DNA of 61,726 bases from Desulfobacteraceae bacterium UBA2771 (GTDB taxonomy: Bacteria; Desulfobacterota; Desulfobacteria; Desulfobacterales; Desulfosarcinaceae): contig DEIP01000005.1 in assembly GCA_002352605.1 (NCBI GenBank), positions 1 to 61,726 on the forward strand, read 5' to 3'. Within the stretch, counting starts at the first letter, position 1; every line of letters starts with the position of its first letter. Below, in pieces: positions 40,323-49,791 of the stretch. Below the pieces are notes generated by a model. The model made no database searches. It was not told the origin of the DNA and saw nothing but the letters and a program-made list of their open reading frames with translations. Both the position numbers and the translations under genes were made by a program.

Positions 40323-41222
40323 ATGGTCATGATCGACGATATTCTGCAACTTAAACACAGACGATTTATGCCCCGTGGCGTGGCCATCCTGCTCGTTTTG
40401 CTGGTTGGGCCGTTAGTGGCTGCACATGCCGCCGATTCTGCGGGATCCTTTCAAGCCCTCCAAGCGCGTTTGATCGAAGATGGCTTCGACAGCGCCCGCA
40501 TTCTGACCCTTTTCGCCAGTCCCGATGTCTCCTTCGAAAAGGGAGGGGTTAGCGCCTATTTCATGCATAACGAGGCCAAGCTGAACTACAAGCAGTTCAC
40601 GCGAGTATGGAATGTCTCGTCGGCCAAAAAATACATGAAGGAACACCGGCAGGCCCTGGATGCGGCACAGCAAACCTACGGTGTGGACAAAGAGGTGATC
40701 ACTGCCATCATTCTAGTAGAGACCAGGCTGGGCACCTACACGGGCAAAAAATCGGTGATCAACACGCTATCCACCCTCTCTGCCATGGCCGACGAGATGC
40801 CCCGCCAGGCGATCTGGGAGAACCTGCCTGACAACGACAGGCGCATGTCCCGAACGCAGTTTGAAAAAAAGGCGGACCAGAAATCCAGCTGGGCCTACCG
40901 GGAACTCAAGGCCTTTTTGATCTACACGGAAAAGGAGGGCATGGATCCCACCGCCATCAAGGGGTCCTACGCCGGCGCCATGGGGATTTCCCAGTTCATG
41001 CCCAGCAATATCGCCCCTTACGGCAAAGACGGCAACGCCGACGGACAGGTGGACCTGTTTGTCCACGCCGACGCCATCTCCAGCATTGCCAGCTACCTGA
41101 AACACTACGGATGGAAACCGGGGATCTCCCGGGAAAAGGCCTTCAAAGTGGTCTATCACTACAATCACAGCAAATACTATGTGAACGCCATCCTCGACGT
41201 TGCGGATAAATTGAAAGGCTGA
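40323..41222 (+). CDS. Lytic murein transglycosylase (MltB/SLT_2)
   Basis: AIILVETRLG, GSYAGAMGISQFMPS, DGNADGQVDL, YNHSKYY. Confidence 0.88.
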   Translation: MVMIDDILQLKHRRFMPRGVAILLVLLVGPLVAAHAADSAGSFQALQARLIEDGFDSARILTLFASPDVSFEKGGVSAYFMHNEAKLNYKQFTRVWNVSSAKKYMKEHRQALDAAQQTYGVDKEVITAIILVETRLGTYTGKKSVINTLSTLSAMADEMPRQAIWENLPDNDRRMSRTQFEKKADQKSSWAYRELKAFLIYTEKEGMDPTAIKGSYAGAMGISQFMPSNIAPYGKDGNADGQVDLFVHADAISSIASYLKHYGWKPGISREKAFKVVYHYNHSKYYVNAILDVADKLKG

Positions 41223-41228
41223 TCCATC

Positions 41229-41447
41229 ATGAGCACCGGCATGTTCGTGGTTCTCACCGGCATTGTGTTTTTCCTGCTTACCTGCGTCGCCCTTCTGGAC
41301 ATCGCCCGCAAAGATTTCGGGTCCATCCAGATGAAAGCGCTATGGGCATTCGTCGTGGCCTTGGTGCCATTCATCGGCGTGTTGATCTATTTCCTGTTCG
41401 GCTTCAGAAAGGGCAAACGGTCCGCCGCCGACGCAGCGGTGGAATAA
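41229..41447 (+). CDS. Small membrane protein, PLDc N-terminal domain
   Basis: Two TM helices; KALW..VALVPFIGVLIYFLFG. Confidence 0.7.
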   Translation: MSTGMFVVLTGIVFFLLTCVALLDIARKDFGSIQMKALWAFVVALVPFIGVLIYFLFGFRKGKRSAADAAVE

Positions 41448-41543
41448 GGCAGCCTTATTCAAGCCATTCAGGAATTTGCAACGGATAAATATTGTTTGAC
41501 AAAAGCTGCGCTTTTCTATATGGATGCGTCTGTTTTTTCAAAT

Positions 41544-41619
41544 GGTCCCATCGTCTAGTGGTTTAGGACGCCGGCCTCTCACGCCGGTAACTCGGGTTCG
41601 AATCCCGGTGGGATCACCA
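41544..41619 (+). tRNA. tRNA-Glu (anticodon CTC)
   Basis: Cloverleaf: acceptor GGTCCCA/TGGGATC, anticodon arm CCGGC-CTCTCAC-GCCGG, TTCGAAT loop, encoded CCA; 76 nt. Confidence 0.97.
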
Positions 41620-41641
41620 ATTATAAATTTCCTTTCTTTTC

Positions 41642-41675
41642 AAAGGGTTGAGCCGAATCGGCGCAACCCTTTTTT
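41642..41675 (+). terminator. Intrinsic terminator after the tRNA
   Basis: AAAGGGTTG-A-GCCGA-A-TCGGC-G-CAACCCTTTTTT. Confidence 0.75.
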
Positions 41676-41690
41676 ATACCCTTTTTTGCC

Positions 41691-41817
41691 GTCCCCCACC
41701 GTATCCCTCACCATAAAAATCATCATAACCGGATCATGCAGGATATACGGGCTTATTCATTCCCGGAATGAAATATTTATCGGTCCCCTTGGGGTGGTGG
41801 GGGACAGGGTGGGGGAC
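41691..41817. repeat. Two inverted pairs of 10-bp direct repeats resembling tyrosine-integrase arm sites
   Basis: GTCCCCCACC (41691) and ATCCCTCACC (41703); GGTGGGGGAC at 41796 and 41808; 12-bp period in each pair. Confidence 0.6.
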
Positions 41818-42119
41818 AGGTCTATTTTTCAATTATCCATCGATCATTTCGGAGGTGATCCCGGCGGATGGTTTTCCCCCGATACCGATAGCGATCTGAT
41901 CTTAGAATGTCTTGACGGATGGTCCCGGCATGGTCCCCCGACGGGGTGAAGGTATCATAGCGACTTGATGAGGTATTCAAGGTTGAAGGCTTAATGTATC
42001 CGGTGGGCTCCCCTTTGGGATTGGTGATCTTAAAGCTGTCAGGGTTAAGGGGGATCCTTTTTAATATATGATTTTATTTATTTGCGATAGGTCCAAATGA
42101 ATTCATCATAATTACCAAA

Positions 42120-42445
42120 GAAGAGTATTGGGGAGAGGAAGGTGAACCCATCGATGAATGGGCCAGGCCGATCATCGCTCGTGGGCCCCGCCCCATGTTC
42201 GAGATGGAGCAGGTGTTGCCCGGTGAGGACCCTGACGATCCTTTCAATGAACCCATCACCCGGTCCAACGATCTTAAAGGACGCCGGCGAGTGGACAGAG
42301 ATGGAAAAGATCCTGATTGAGCTGTGCCGGGCGGAGCTGCGCTGTCTCGATGCCCATTCGCATCTGGACAATCTCCTCTTTGATCACAGCCCGCGAGATG
42401 CCATCCGACATTATGAGGTCGGTCTGCGCATCGGCGAACTCTCCC
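42120..42445 (+). pseudogene. Frameshifted, truncated fragment of a hypothetical (TPR-like) protein gene
   Basis: EEYWGEEGEPIDEWARPIIARGPRPMFEMEQVLPG..NDLK continues after a +1 shift at ~42279 as DAG..LCRAELRCLDAHSHL..AIRHYEVGLRIGELS; coding-like GC inside AT-rich flanks. Confidence 0.6.
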
Positions 42446-42802
42446 CGACGGGTCAGATGAACACCGGTATGATTGAAAAAGCTATCCAGTTTCGCTGACG
42501 TGCCCTGAAATCCATGAATACCATTTTGCACCTAACCTTCCTCAACTGCCTTTGACAGGGACCGTCAATGTGAAGGCATTTCCAGCTGCAAATTCATAGC
42601 CCACTTTAAAAAGCAGGTATCGATAAGGTACTCAAATTTAGTGCAAAAAATGTAATTTCATTACCCTGGCGGTTACTTTATTATACGTTTTTAATGGATG
42701 TTTCCCTTCCATACGTCCGATTATTCAGAAGGGTATCACACGTAATTATGTAAAAAATTAGTTGGTTGAATATAAAAATGTTCTAATTGGCATATTGGCA
42801 TA

Positions 42803-42819
42803 TTGGCATTATATTTGCT
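42803..42819 (+). promoter_or_regulatory. Sigma54 promoter
   Basis: TTGGCATTATATTTGCT (GG-N10-GC); the -24 box is the last of three tandem ATTGGCAT copies. Confidence 0.8.
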
Positions 42820-42847
42820 TCAACGAATAGAGAAGTTACACCAAACT

Positions 42848-42943
42848 GCTCGATAATGGCGAAACTATTCGAAAGAATGGGCCGCAAAGCCGCTGGCCTA
42901 AACCTTCTGTTTTTCAGAAGGCAAGGTAGCAGAGCCGCCGAAG
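42848..42943 (+). ncRNA. c-di-GMP-I (GEMM-I) riboswitch
   Basis: GGCGAAAC-TATTC-GAAA-GAATGG-GCCGCAAAGCC..GGCCTAA..GGTAGC..GCCG: GAAA tetraloop, CGCAAAG junction, CTAA receptor. Confidence 0.88.
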
Positions 42944-43004
42944 GCAAACGGCTGTGTCCTCCGTGGATTCACCGGTTGTCAAAATCATCACGGAGGATGA
43001 TCGT

Positions 43005-45173
43005 ATGTCATCATGGTTTTATGGCCAAATCAGTTCCCTCGTACGCACTGCACTGACATTTTTCTGTATTCTTTTTTTATTGCCTGCATTTTCAATCGCT
43101 GCCCAGATGACCATGGCATGGGACCCGAATGACCCCACACCCGAGGGCTACCGTATCTATCAACGTACCGAAGGACAGGCCTATGATTACAGTCAACCAT
43201 TTTGGACAGGCCCTTATACGACCTGCACAGTTGACAACCTCGATGATGACATCACCTATTACTTTATTGTCCGGGCTTATGTTGGAGAAACAGAGAGCGG
43301 CGATTCCAACGAGATTTCTTTTTTGTCGCCATCCCTTTCAGCGACCACGTATGCTATCTCAGCCTCTACCGCCGACCATGGTTCCATCTCACCTTCCGGC
43401 ATGGTGACTGTGGAAGCAGGTGTCGATCAAACATTCGACATCTTACCGGATGACGGCTACCACGTCACTGGCGTGTTTGTGGATGGCGTGTCCATTGGTG
43501 CCGTTCTCGCTTACACATTCCATCAGGTCGCTGCGGATCACGCCATCTCCGCAGAATTTGCCTACAATAACCACACGATTTCAGCTTTAACAGGCACCAA
43601 TGGCAGCATATCTCCATCCGGTGATGTCACCGTGGATCATGGCTCCAGTCAAGGCTTTACGATCACACCCGCTTCCGGCTATCGTGTGGCTGATGTTTCG
43701 GTGGACGGTAGTTCCGTAGGACCAATCTCGGCTTATCAGTTTAACCAGGTGATCGAGGACCATACCATCCATGCCACCTTTGTGGCAGATACCCACATCA
43801 TTTCGGCTATGGCCGGTGATAACGGTACGATCACACCTTCCGGGAATACTATTGTTTCATTTGGCGGCAGCCAAACCTACACGCTTACCCCAAACAGCAG
43901 TTGCTCGATAACAGATGTGATTGTTGACGGTGTTTCGGTGGGCTCCAAAACCACGTATATCTTTTCGGATGTCAAAGCGAATCACACGATTGAAGCCCTG
44001 TTTGCTTTGGAAAACCTCCCACCCGCAGCCGATTCCGGACCGGACCAGACTGTCGATGAGGGCCGGGTGGTTACGCTCAACGGACTCAACTCAACCGACT
44101 CGGATGACGGTATCGCCGCATTCCAATGGCGGCAGATTCAAGGTGTTGAAGTGGTGCTTAACGCTCCCGAAAGCCCGGAGACGACCTTCACAACGCCGAA
44201 TGTAGAAACCTCAGGAACAGCCTTGGTATTTGAATTGGTTGTAACCGATTACAGCGGCGCTACATCTGTTGACAATTGCATTGTTAATGTGACTTGGGTC
44301 AACGTGCCGCCCACTGCCAACGCAGGCATGGATCAGATCGTGAGCGAAGGTTCACAGGTATCATTGAATGCTACCCAATCGACCGATCCGGACGATGGCA
44401 TTGAGTCGTATATGTGGAAGCAACTGAATGGCCTGGCCGTCATCCTATCCGACGATAGATCGGCAACCCCCACAATCCAAGCGCCGAATGTCGGACCGGA
44501 AGGCGCGTCTATGACCTTTGAGATTACCGTTAGTGATGCTGGCGGGCTGCAGGACACGGATACCTCTCTGGTCACCGTTGCATGGGTCAACATACCGCCA
44601 GTGGCAGACGCCGGCCCAGACCAACAGATTAATATAGGCGACGAAGTTACTCTGGATGGTTCACTGTCGACCGATACCGATGGAGACATGGTCGTTTCTT
44701 ACCGGTGGCGTCAAACAGATGGCGTACCGGTGGTGTTGTCCGATACCACTGCACAGCAACCAGTGTTTGTCGCACAGGATATGGGCAATGAGGGCGGCCT
44801 GTTGACGTTTGAACTTACCGTTACCGACAGCGGTGGGATGATGGCAACGGATACTTGTCAGGTTATCGTAGCCCCTGAAGCACCATCAGAGGACACCATT
44901 GCTCCAAATTTGACTTTCGCGGAACCAATGGGTGATCCAATAACAGTTAGCTGGCATAAAATCAGTTTTTCAGGAACCGCTTGGGATGACCGGGAAATAG
45001 CACAAGTAGTTTGGGAAAACAGTATCGGCGGCAACGGCATAGCGAGGGGAACCACCCAATGGTTCATTGACCGTATCATGCTTAAGCGCGGGGAAAATGT
45101 CATCACCGTGACTGCATATGATACATCCGGAAATCAGGGCACCATTTCCAAAACCCTTTATTTTAAACGGTAG
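43005..45173 (+). CDS. Secreted/surface Ig-fold repeat protein (FN3 + 3 InlB-B-repeat-like + 3 PKD-like + C-terminal Ig-like)
   Basis: GGAGG RBS; signal peptide; WDPN..GYRIY..YYFIVRAY (FN3); 3x GSISPSG..F.I.P..GY.V..V.VDG; 3x N.PP.A.AG.DQ...G..V.L...STD.D. Confidence 0.85.
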   Translation: MSSWFYGQISSLVRTALTFFCILFLLPAFSIAAQMTMAWDPNDPTPEGYRIYQRTEGQAYDYSQPFWTGPYTTCTVDNLDDDITYYFIVRAYVGETESGDSNEISFLSPSLSATTYAISASTADHGSISPSGMVTVEAGVDQTFDILPDDGYHVTGVFVDGVSIGAVLAYTFHQVAADHAISAEFAYNNHTISALTGTNGSISPSGDVTVDHGSSQGFTITPASGYRVADVSVDGSSVGPISAYQFNQVIEDHTIHATFVADTHIISAMAGDNGTITPSGNTIVSFGGSQTYTLTPNSSCSITDVIVDGVSVGSKTTYIFSDVKANHTIEALFALENLPPAADSGPDQTVDEGRVVTLNGLNSTDSDDGIAAFQWRQIQGVEVVLNAPESPETTFTTPNVETSGTALVFELVVTDYSGATSVDNCIVNVTWVNVPPTANAGMDQIVSEGSQVSLNATQSTDPDDGIESYMWKQLNGLAVILSDDRSATPTIQAPNVGPEGASMTFEITVSDAGGLQDTDTSLVTVAWVNIPPVADAGPDQQINIGDEVTLDGSLSTDTDGDMVVSYRWRQTDGVPVVLSDTTAQQPVFVAQDMGNEGGLLTFELTVTDSGGMMATDTCQVIVAPEAPSEDTIAPNLTFAEPMGDPITVSWHKISFSGTAWDDREIAQVVWENSIGGNGIARGTTQWFIDRIMLKRGENVITVTAYDTSGNQGTISKTLYFKR

Positions 45174-45261
45174 CGTCATTTTCCCATCCATTTGAGATCA
45201 CATCCGCACCTTGACACATAGACTGCTATCAGGCGCGGCATACAAAAGCTCCAAGAACAAG

Positions 45262-45296
45262 AAGGCCAACCCCAACATCTGGTGGTTGGCCTTTTT
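45262..45296 (+). terminator. Intrinsic terminator
   Basis: AAGGCCAACC..GGTTGGCCTTTTT. Confidence 0.7.
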
Positions 45297-45326
45297 CGAT
45301 ACTGGTTCAGTTGAATAGGTAAGAAT

Positions 45327-46856
45327 TTATTGATTGGTACGCTGCTGCTCGCCCCCATAACGTGATTTCACTGCCTCCCGGTCGATGCCGTCACTGGTCT
45401 CCGGTAGGGATTCCACGAACTGCACATACCGGGGTTTTTTGTATCCGGCGATGCGGCTGCCGACGAATTCGATCAACTCCTTTTCGGTGAGCGTCCGGCC
45501 GGCTTTCAGCACGCAGACCGCCTTGATTCCCTCCTTCCATTTGGGATCCGGCACGCCGAACACCATGGTCTGTTCCACCGACGGATGGTCCAGGATTACT
45601 TTTTCCACCTCCGCCGGATAGACATTTTCGCCGCCGGGCTTGATCAACTCCTTTTCCGGCTTGCGTCCGGCGTACCACAGGAACCCGTCTTCGTCGAAGC
45701 GGCCCAGGTCGCCGGTGTGATGCCGTTCGTTGCGAAAGGTGTGGGCATTGTCCTCGTCCAGATTCCAGTACCCTTTGAATACCATGGGTCCTTTGAGGGT
45801 GATTTCACCCACCTGGTCCGTCGGCACCGGGTTGTCGTCTTCATCCACCAGATCCACCAGTCCCAAAGGAATCGGCCGGCCGGCCGAACCGGGCCGGTCA
45901 TCGTAGCGACCCATGGAGACGAGGCAGGAGGTCTCCGTCTGACCGTACATATTGTAAAAACAGCCGCCCGTGACGGTCTGATAGCGTTCGATGGTTTCCG
46001 GCGCATCCAGGCCCATGACGGATTGCAGCGATGAGATGTCGGCACCGGTTTTTTCCTGCGCGTCCAGGATAGACCCCAGAATCGGTGAGAAATCGAATAA
46101 CACGGAGACCTTTTTGGACTGGATCAGGTCGACCGCCTTGTCGGCGTCGAATTTGCTCATGTTGACGTTCAATGCCCCGGCGTAAAAGGCAGTAACGGCC
46201 ATAAACAGGCCGCCCACGTGAAACAGGGGCAGCAGGTTCAGGTGAACATCGGCAGGCGAGAGACCGAAACAGTGGTTGAGATGCAAGCTGGCACACAGCA
46301 GGTTGGCATGGCTCAACAGGGCACCCCGCGGCCGGCCGGCCACGGCGGCCGTGTGGATGATAACCAGTCCGTCGTCGTTTCCGACCGGATCGGCGGCAAA
46401 GGGGGTGTCGACCATCAGCTGATCGAAGGCATCGAAAGAACCGGCATTGTTCAGGTTAAAAAAGTGTTTCACCGAATGAAGCCGCTCCCGGATACCGGCC
46501 ACCATCGCCCCGAATTCATCATCGGCAAATAGAGCCACCGGTTCGCCGTCGTTGAGGTTAAAGGCCACCTCATCGGCGGAAAGGCGCCAGTTGATGGGCA
46601 GTAAAATGGCCCCTATTGCCGCGGCGGCGCCATAAACCCGAAAAAAGGCCAGGCTGTTTTTTCCCACGACGCCGATTCGGTCGCCGGAACGAATTCCGGC
46701 TTGCTGCAGCCCCACAGCCAGTCGATCCACATGTTTTTTGAACTGTCCAAAGGTGACCGTCATGCCGACATCGGCTTCAAACCAGGCCGGGTGGTTCCGG
46801 TAACATTGGGCGTTGCGACGGATCAGGTCATAAAGGGAAAAATCGTAAAGCCCCAT
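45327..46856 (-). CDS. Acyl-CoA synthetase / long-chain fatty acid-CoA ligase
   Basis: IIHTAAVAGRPRGA, YGQTET, HTGDLG, IKPGGENVYPAEVE; AAGGAG RBS. Confidence 0.88.
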   Translation of the reverse strand: MGLYDFSLYDLIRRNAQCYRNHPAWFEADVGMTVTFGQFKKHVDRLAVGLQQAGIRSGDRIGVVGKNSLAFFRVYGAAAAIGAILLPINWRLSADEVAFNLNDGEPVALFADDEFGAMVAGIRERLHSVKHFFNLNNAGSFDAFDQLMVDTPFAADPVGNDDGLVIIHTAAVAGRPRGALLSHANLLCASLHLNHCFGLSPADVHLNLLPLFHVGGLFMAVTAFYAGALNVNMSKFDADKAVDLIQSKKVSVLFDFSPILGSILDAQEKTGADISSLQSVMGLDAPETIERYQTVTGGCFYNMYGQTETSCLVSMGRYDDRPGSAGRPIPLGLVDLVDEDDNPVPTDQVGEITLKGPMVFKGYWNLDEDNAHTFRNERHHTGDLGRFDEDGFLWYAGRKPEKELIKPGGENVYPAEVEKVILDHPSVEQTMVFGVPDPKWKEGIKAVCVLKAGRTLTEKELIEFVGSRIAGYKKPRYVQFVESLPETSDGIDREAVKSRYGGEQQRTNQ

Positions 46857-47039
46857 GGTTATACTCCTTGTGCTTGTTGGTTTAAGGGCCTTGGAAAACA
46901 TGATCCTTTGGATCAGAATTCTTTTTCTCATACGGCAAAAAGAACAGTCTACCGGTATGAAGTGACAACCACCTTCAGGCAGCGCCGCCTCATCCATTGC
47001 GCATCAATGGCTTTTGCCGGATTGGTTTGCGGTGACGGG

Positions 47040-47432
47040 TTACTTGGTGGTGGTCACCGGACAGGTCGCTTTCAAAATAATGTATTGTGCCGTTGAGCCG
47101 AGAAGCAGTTTGCGGGTCCTGGATTTCTTTTCGACACCCACGAAGATCTGATCGATACTGTTCTCTTCGGCAAAAATGACGATATCCTCGCCCGGAGACA
47201 GCCCCCGTGCCATCTCCTGAACGTCGTTTTCGATCCCGGTACCTTCGAATTGTCGCCGAACTCCTTTCAATTCCTTTTTTACCCGGACGATGTCTTCCGG
47301 CTTTTCGCTGCGGCCACCCTCCATAGAGGTAATGACAAACACCTTGGCCTTGAACAACGACGCCTGTTTTATCGCCAGATCAAGGGCTGCCCTGGACGCT
47401 GTCGAATCGTTGTAGGCAACGAGAAATTTCAT
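47040..47432 (-). CDS. Universal stress protein
   Basis: FLVAYNDS..S, LLLGSTAQYIILKATCPV. Confidence 0.88.
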   Translation of the reverse strand: MKFLVAYNDSTASRAALDLAIKQASLFKAKVFVITSMEGGRSEKPEDIVRVKKELKGVRRQFEGTGIENDVQEMARGLSPGEDIVIFAEENSIDQIFVGVEKKSRTRKLLLGSTAQYIILKATCPVTTTK

Positions 47433-47479
47433 AACCGGATGCCCTTTCCCCCTCGGCGAAACGCCGGCGGCTGAATGAA

Positions 47480-48298
47480 CTACATCCAACGCTTGCGCCG
47501 CTTATAGGACTTGACTGCTTTGAAAGATTTTCGTCCGCCGCCCTGGGTAACGCCCATGTAGAACTCTTTGACGTCCGGATTTTCGCGAAGGTCCTTGGAC
47601 AGGCCTTCCAGGACGATTTTTCCGGATTCCATAACATAGGCATAATCGGACACCTGCAGTGCGATTTTGGCATTCTGCTCCACCACCAGGATGGTCGTGT
47701 CCATCTCCCTGTTGATGGTTTCGATGTTTTCAAAAATCTCTTTGACCAGCAGGGGCGCCAGGCCCAGGGACGGCTCGTCCAGCATGAGCATTTCGGGCGA
47801 GGCCATCAGTGCCCGGGCAATGGCGATCATTTGCTGCTCTCCACCGGAACAGTACCCGGCCAGCCGGTGGGTAATCTTGGCCAGTCGGGGAAATTGATCG
47901 TACATCTTATCGTTGTCCGCACGAATCTTTCGGGACCCGTCTTTGCGGGTAATGGACCCCACCCGGATATTTTCCGCCACCGTGAGATGTTTGAACACCC
48001 GGCGTCCCTCCGGCACCATAACAGCGCCGAGTTTGACCACATGGGTTCCCAGGACATTGGTGATGTCGCTGCCGGCAAACTGGATATACCCATCGCGGAC
48101 AAAGCCGTTTTCCGGTTTGAGCAGGCCGCTGATGGCCCGCAACGTGGTGGTCTTGCCGGCACCGTTGGTTCCCAGCAGGGCGACGATACCGCCTTTGGGC
48201 ACATGCAGGCTAACGCCGCGCAATACCTGGATGATATCGTTGTACACCACTTCAATGTTGTTGACTTCGAGCAGGTTTTCCGAATTCTGTTTGTCCAT
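47480..48298 (-). CDS. ABC transporter ATP-binding protein (LivF-like)
   Basis: GTNGAGKT, PEGRRVF, SGGEQQM, LDEPSLGLAP. Confidence 0.92.
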   Translation of the reverse strand: MDKQNSENLLEVNNIEVVYNDIIQVLRGVSLHVPKGGIVALLGTNGAGKTTTLRAISGLLKPENGFVRDGYIQFAGSDITNVLGTHVVKLGAVMVPEGRRVFKHLTVAENIRVGSITRKDGSRKIRADNDKMYDQFPRLAKITHRLAGYCSGGEQQMIAIARALMASPEMLMLDEPSLGLAPLLVKEIFENIETINREMDTTILVVEQNAKIALQVSDYAYVMESGKIVLEGLSKDLRENPDVKEFYMGVTQGGGRKSFKAVKSYKRRKRWM

Positions 48299-48455
48299 AA
48301 GGCGGTTTTCTAACTTATAAGGAAGACAGTGCGCCGACACCCAATTAACTTACGCGCAGCAATCCCATGCCCCTTCAACGATCCGGTTTCAGTGTCGGCA
48401 GATGGATAACCGGAACATTCGGCCGACCCGGGAAAGCGAGCCGACCGCAGGCGAT

Positions 48456-49685
48456 TTAATTAATTTTGCTCGTGTACTCCGGAATAAACGGTTTGCCCAC
48501 TGCTTTGAACGCTCCGTTTTTCACCGCGTACAGCTGCAGGGTGTCGACCCCTGCCTTGTCGGTCTCGGAATAGGTCACCGGCCCTACCGTGGTAACCGGA
48601 TAAAACGCATTCAGGCCGTTCATGGCCAGCAATTCTTCATAGAGAACGTCTTTTGTGATTTTTTTACCCCGAGCCTTTGCACGCAGAATCACTTCTGTAG
48701 CAACCTGGGCCACCATAATGCCATTGGCGTAGTTGTGTGAATTGGCGAATTTATCATCCCGCCCGTAATTTTTGGCCAGGGCCAGCTGAGCATCGGTACC
48801 CACACCCGGCTCAGATGTAATAATGTATGAAGTCGTCCAATAGAAATTCTCGGAAGCAGGGCCGGCCAATGCCACCAGGTCATTGCCACCGGTGTAGTGA
48901 CATCCCGTAAAGGTAATCTTTCCCTTTTCACCAAAGGTTTTTGCGACGAGTCCCAGGCGGCTGGCATCTTTGATCATGGTGGCCACCGGCGATTGGACTG
49001 TCTGGCTGATTACATATTGGACGTCCTTGCTCATCAGGCGCTTCAGCATGGCGGTGTTGTCCAGGTCCTTGCCGTGCTCGACCACTTCAACGATTTCGAT
49101 CTTCAGGCCGGCTGCGACGGCTTTCTTGACATCTTTAAGGGGGCCGCGGCCGAAAGCGGATGGGTGCAGGAACATGGCCACTTTGGGGATCCCGCCGTCC
49201 TTATGGTTGTTGGCTATGTATTCGGCCAGGCCGATGGCCTGGGCGGAATAGGAGGCGATGGGCAGGAAGATGTAACTGGAATCCACCAGGTTGCCGGCAT
49301 GGAAGGAGGCCGGGATGGTGGGCATCTTCTCCTCGTCAAAATCTTTTTTCAAGGCCAGGGTACTGCCGGTGGAGTAGTTGAGGTAAAAAACAATGCCCTG
49401 ATCCATAAAATCTTCAAAATTCCGTTTGGTTATCTCGGTCTTATACTGGTCATCCCTGATAGTACAATCGATTTTGTCATCGCCTATAATTTTCATGTCG
49501 TTGACATAATGAAAATAGTCTTCAACACCCTTTGAGTAGGGGTCGCCTGCATCAGAGGTCGGTCCGGTAATGGCCACTGACAAAGCCAGCTTGTACACCT
49601 CGCCGGCCTGAGCTTGGAACGCAAACGCAAAGAGAACAATAAGCGTAAGCATTAAATTAACGGTCATCATTTTTCTGTTTTCCAT
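48456..49685 (-). CDS. ABC transporter substrate-binding protein (Liv-type)
   Basis: Signal peptide; ITGPTSD.G, DDQYK; operon context. Confidence 0.85.
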   Translation of the reverse strand: MENRKMMTVNLMLTLIVLFAFAFQAQAGEVYKLALSVAITGPTSDAGDPYSKGVEDYFHYVNDMKIIGDDKIDCTIRDDQYKTEITKRNFEDFMDQGIVFYLNYSTGSTLALKKDFDEEKMPTIPASFHAGNLVDSSYIFLPIASYSAQAIGLAEYIANNHKDGGIPKVAMFLHPSAFGRGPLKDVKKAVAAGLKIEIVEVVEHGKDLDNTAMLKRLMSKDVQYVISQTVQSPVATMIKDASRLGLVAKTFGEKGKITFTGCHYTGGNDLVALAGPASENFYWTTSYIITSEPGVGTDAQLALAKNYGRDDKFANSHNYANGIMVAQVATEVILRAKARGKKITKDVLYEELLAMNGLNAFYPVTTVGPVTYSETDKAGVDTLQLYAVKNGAFKAVGKPFIPEYTSKIN

Positions 49686-49791
49686 GTTTCCCCCTTTGGT
49701 TGGTTGGGTGTTGATTGGTGGGCTGAACAAAACGGATATTCATTCGCCGGCGGGTCCTTTGGGCTCCCGCAAGCCGTCTATCCTCGGTGGT

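Noticed and set aside
41496-41524. Sigma70 promoter for tRNA-Glu
   Set aside because: TTGACA is present, but the -10 at 17-nt spacing (TATGGA) is weak, so not called.
42020-42029. Inverted 10-bp match to the tRNA 3' end (ATTGGTGATC)
   Set aside because: Wrong orientation for an att duplication and short enough to be chance.
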